NCBI GenBank assembly: GCA_965246885.1
Contig: OZ251992.1
Location: 3,136,001 to 3,200,000, forward strand
Length of the DNA: 64,000 nucleotides
Source: Abditibacterium sp.
GTDB lineage: Bacteria; Armatimonadota; Abditibacteriia; Abditibacteriales; Abditibacteriaceae
Direction: 5' to 3'
Below the pieces are notes generated by a model, which did not search any database, was not told where the DNA came from, and worked only from the letters and a program-made list of their open reading frames with translations. A program made the position numbers and the translations under genes. This document shows, piece after piece, positions 62,062 through 64,000 of this stretch (within the stretch, counting starts at the first letter, position 1; each line of letters opens with the position of its first letter).

Positions 62062-63747
62062 ATGAAAACCACTTGGCTTCCTTTGAGTTTGCACTTGGCG
62101 CGCGCGGCGCTCCGTCCGGCGCTCTTGGCCGTTCCCGTTTTGTGCGTGGCAGGCATGGCACAGGCGCAGGACGCACCGACCATTGTGTTCCCGCAGCCCA
62201 ATCAAGACGTGCGCGGCGAAATCGCGGCGCGCTTCGAGGGAATTCCCGCAGGCGGCTATGCCATCATCAAGCTCGCCAAGCAAGGCGAGCCAGTGCAATT
62301 CAAAACAGCCACCGCGCAGGGCACTTTTACTCTCGACACCCTCGCCGATACAGCCAGTTTTAGCGGAGACGGCTTGTATACGCTCGAAGTTACCTCGCTC
62401 AACGCGGGCGGGCGGGCGCTGGGCACGGCGTCCGTCACGTTCAACGTGGCCAACAACAAAGTCGCCGACAACTCCGAGTCCACACGCCTCGTGCACTGGA
62501 CGCCCGCCGACCGCCTCAACGACGGCGTGCAACGTTACCGCGTTTTCGCCGAGTCCAACGCCGACATCACCGAACCCAGCACGAATAGCGGAGGAAGCGG
62601 CGCCGGGAGCGCAGGGGGCGGCGGTGCCCCCGGAGGCGGCGGGGGCGGAGCCGATTCCGGCGGAGGCGGCGTGCAGTACATTTCCGCTCCGCTCGACTGG
62701 CAAGTGTCGGTGCTGTTGCGCCGCGAACTGCGCGACGCGTACGGCTATGACAAAGCCGCCAATGTTGCGACAGTGGTCGCCGAAGCGTGGCAACACCAGC
62801 GTTTGGGCACCGGTGGAGGGGGAGGAGCCGGAAGTGCGCCAGCCGCCGCCCCGGTTCGCACCAGACGCAAACGCGGCGTCAAGGCGGGGCCGGCCATCAA
62901 AATCAAAGGCCCTTGGAACCCCGTCTGGGTGCAAGGGCCAGAGTTGGCCAAATTCTACATCAAGGCCATCCAGCAAACCGGCGACGAGATCAACGCGACC
63001 CGCAAAGTCAACAGCATCGCTTTGGCCGACCTATTGCCCACCTTCCCCACAGTTGCGGTGCGTCCCGGCTCGACGTGGAACTCGCGCCAAACAATCATCT
63101 CCGATCTGAGTACCCGCAAGCCGATTAACATCGAGGGCGCCATCACCTTCACCTCCTACGAGAACATCCAAACTCCGGCGGGTGTAAGTCGCCGATGCGC
63201 CAAGATCGAGTCCCGGTTCCCATTGCCCGATCAAGTCGCCAAGCGCATCGCCGCCGACATCGGCAACAAAGTCGGCAAAAGCGGCGGGGCCGGGGGCGGC
63301 GCGGCGGGAGGAGGCGCGCCCAGCGCGCCATTGGGGGGCGCTTCCGGTGCCGCCGGAGGAGCCGCCGCAGACACGGGGCTGTTGCCCGAAGATATAGATG
63401 TCGCGCAGTTCAACATGGCGCGCGTGATTTGGTTCGACATGGACAAACACCAAGTCGTGCGCTCCGAGGACACGCTGCAAGCGTATTTCGAGATTCCCAA
63501 AGATAGTGGGAGTGACGCCACTGGCGCGGGCGGGGCGGCACCGGGCGCTCTGGTACCGGGCGGCGACGCAGGTGGCGCCGACGCCGCCCCCTCCGAGCCG
63601 ACCAAAGTCAACTATTCCATGAACGTCACGACTTGGCTGGACGACCGCTTGCCGTCCCCATCGGAGAAATACAACGCCGGTGCGGGCACCGCGCACTCTC
63701 GCAGCAACGTCAAGGAAATCGGCCTGTCGCGCATTACCAAGCGCTAA
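62062..63747 (+). CDS. Hypothetical secreted protein with Gly/Ala-rich linkers
   Basis: Signal peptide 'AQA|QD'; four Gly-rich tracts; followed by terminator. Confidence 0.75.
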   Translation: MKTTWLPLSLHLARAALRPALLAVPVLCVAGMAQAQDAPTIVFPQPNQDVRGEIAARFEGIPAGGYAIIKLAKQGEPVQFKTATAQGTFTLDTLADTASFSGDGLYTLEVTSLNAGGRALGTASVTFNVANNKVADNSESTRLVHWTPADRLNDGVQRYRVFAESNADITEPSTNSGGSGAGSAGGGGAPGGGGGGADSGGGGVQYISAPLDWQVSVLLRRELRDAYGYDKAANVATVVAEAWQHQRLGTGGGGGAGSAPAAAPVRTRRKRGVKAGPAIKIKGPWNPVWVQGPELAKFYIKAIQQTGDEINATRKVNSIALADLLPTFPTVAVRPGSTWNSRQTIISDLSTRKPINIEGAITFTSYENIQTPAGVSRRCAKIESRFPLPDQVAKRIAADIGNKVGKSGGAGGGAAGGGAPSAPLGGASGAAGGAAADTGLLPEDIDVAQFNMARVIWFDMDKHQVVRSEDTLQAYFEIPKDSGSDATGAGGAAPGALVPGGDAGGADAAPSEPTKVNYSMNVTTWLDDRLPSPSEKYNAGAGTAHSRSNVKEIGLSRITKR

Positions 63748-63774
63748 ACTGGCTGCTCCGCAGCCAATTCACCG

Positions 63775-63807
63775 CGCCCCGCTCCCACGAGCGGGGCGTT
63801 TTTGTTT
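63775..63807 (+). terminator. Intrinsic terminator
   Basis: cgccccgctc-ccac-gagcggggcg-tttttgttt. Confidence 0.8.
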
Positions 63808-63901
63808 GGGTGAAAGCGGAGAAAGGCTTCGTTATACTCTTGGCCCCGCCTGAGGCGGCGCTCGCCCCCTGATTGAGAGCGCCCGCCACCGCCGTTTCGC
63901 C

Positions 63902-64000
63902 ATGATGCTCTTGTGTGCCCTTTTTCTTTGCTGCCTCGTGCTTGCACCGGGCGCAGTTTGGGGCGGCGAGACGGCGCGGTGGGAACGCAGGGGCGCGCGC
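63902..64000 (+). CDS. Probable start of a secreted protein, truncated by window
   Basis: 'MMLLCALFLCCLVLAPGAVWG...' open to the window end. Confidence 0.4.
   Translation, partial: MMLLCALFLCCLVLAPGAVWGGETARWERRGAR

Noticed and set aside
62581..63600. GGC-rich tracts as DNA repeat elements
   Set aside because: Explained by Gly/Ala linkers in the coding frame with mixed codons.

Overview
GC-rich bacterial chromosomal window; gene content suggests an Armatimonadota/Abditibacteriota-like diderm (inference only). The left end (1-8158) is a restriction-like defence locus: the C-terminus of a SNF2-type helicase/DUF3883 nuclease, a DUF1156 adenine methyltransferase, and a HEPN-DUF499 ATPase. The methyltransferase is split by a +1 frameshift at a C13 tract beside a low-GC patch, making it a candidate phase-variable ON/OFF switch. 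The rest mixes housekeeping genes (dxr-rseP-ispG, uppP, cysC, der-plsY-gpsA, HU, murG, pgm) with accessory modules: FHA/pseudokinase-PP2C/vWA; circularly permuted ATP-grasp/alpha-E/transglutaminase interrupted by a toxin-antitoxin pair; an LRR-NTF2 immunity-like gene; a Zn-finger Toprim gene and a Rep-like ORF; and a signal-less GH46. Two dispersed repeat families recur: four ~105-125 bp nested-palindrome (REPIN-like) hairpins and five arrays of a 21-bp unit. Codon choices suggest strong avoidance of palindromic restriction/methylation sites. No rRNA, tRNA, CRISPR array, integrase or transposase was recognised. All calls come from motif recognition by eye; no searches were run.
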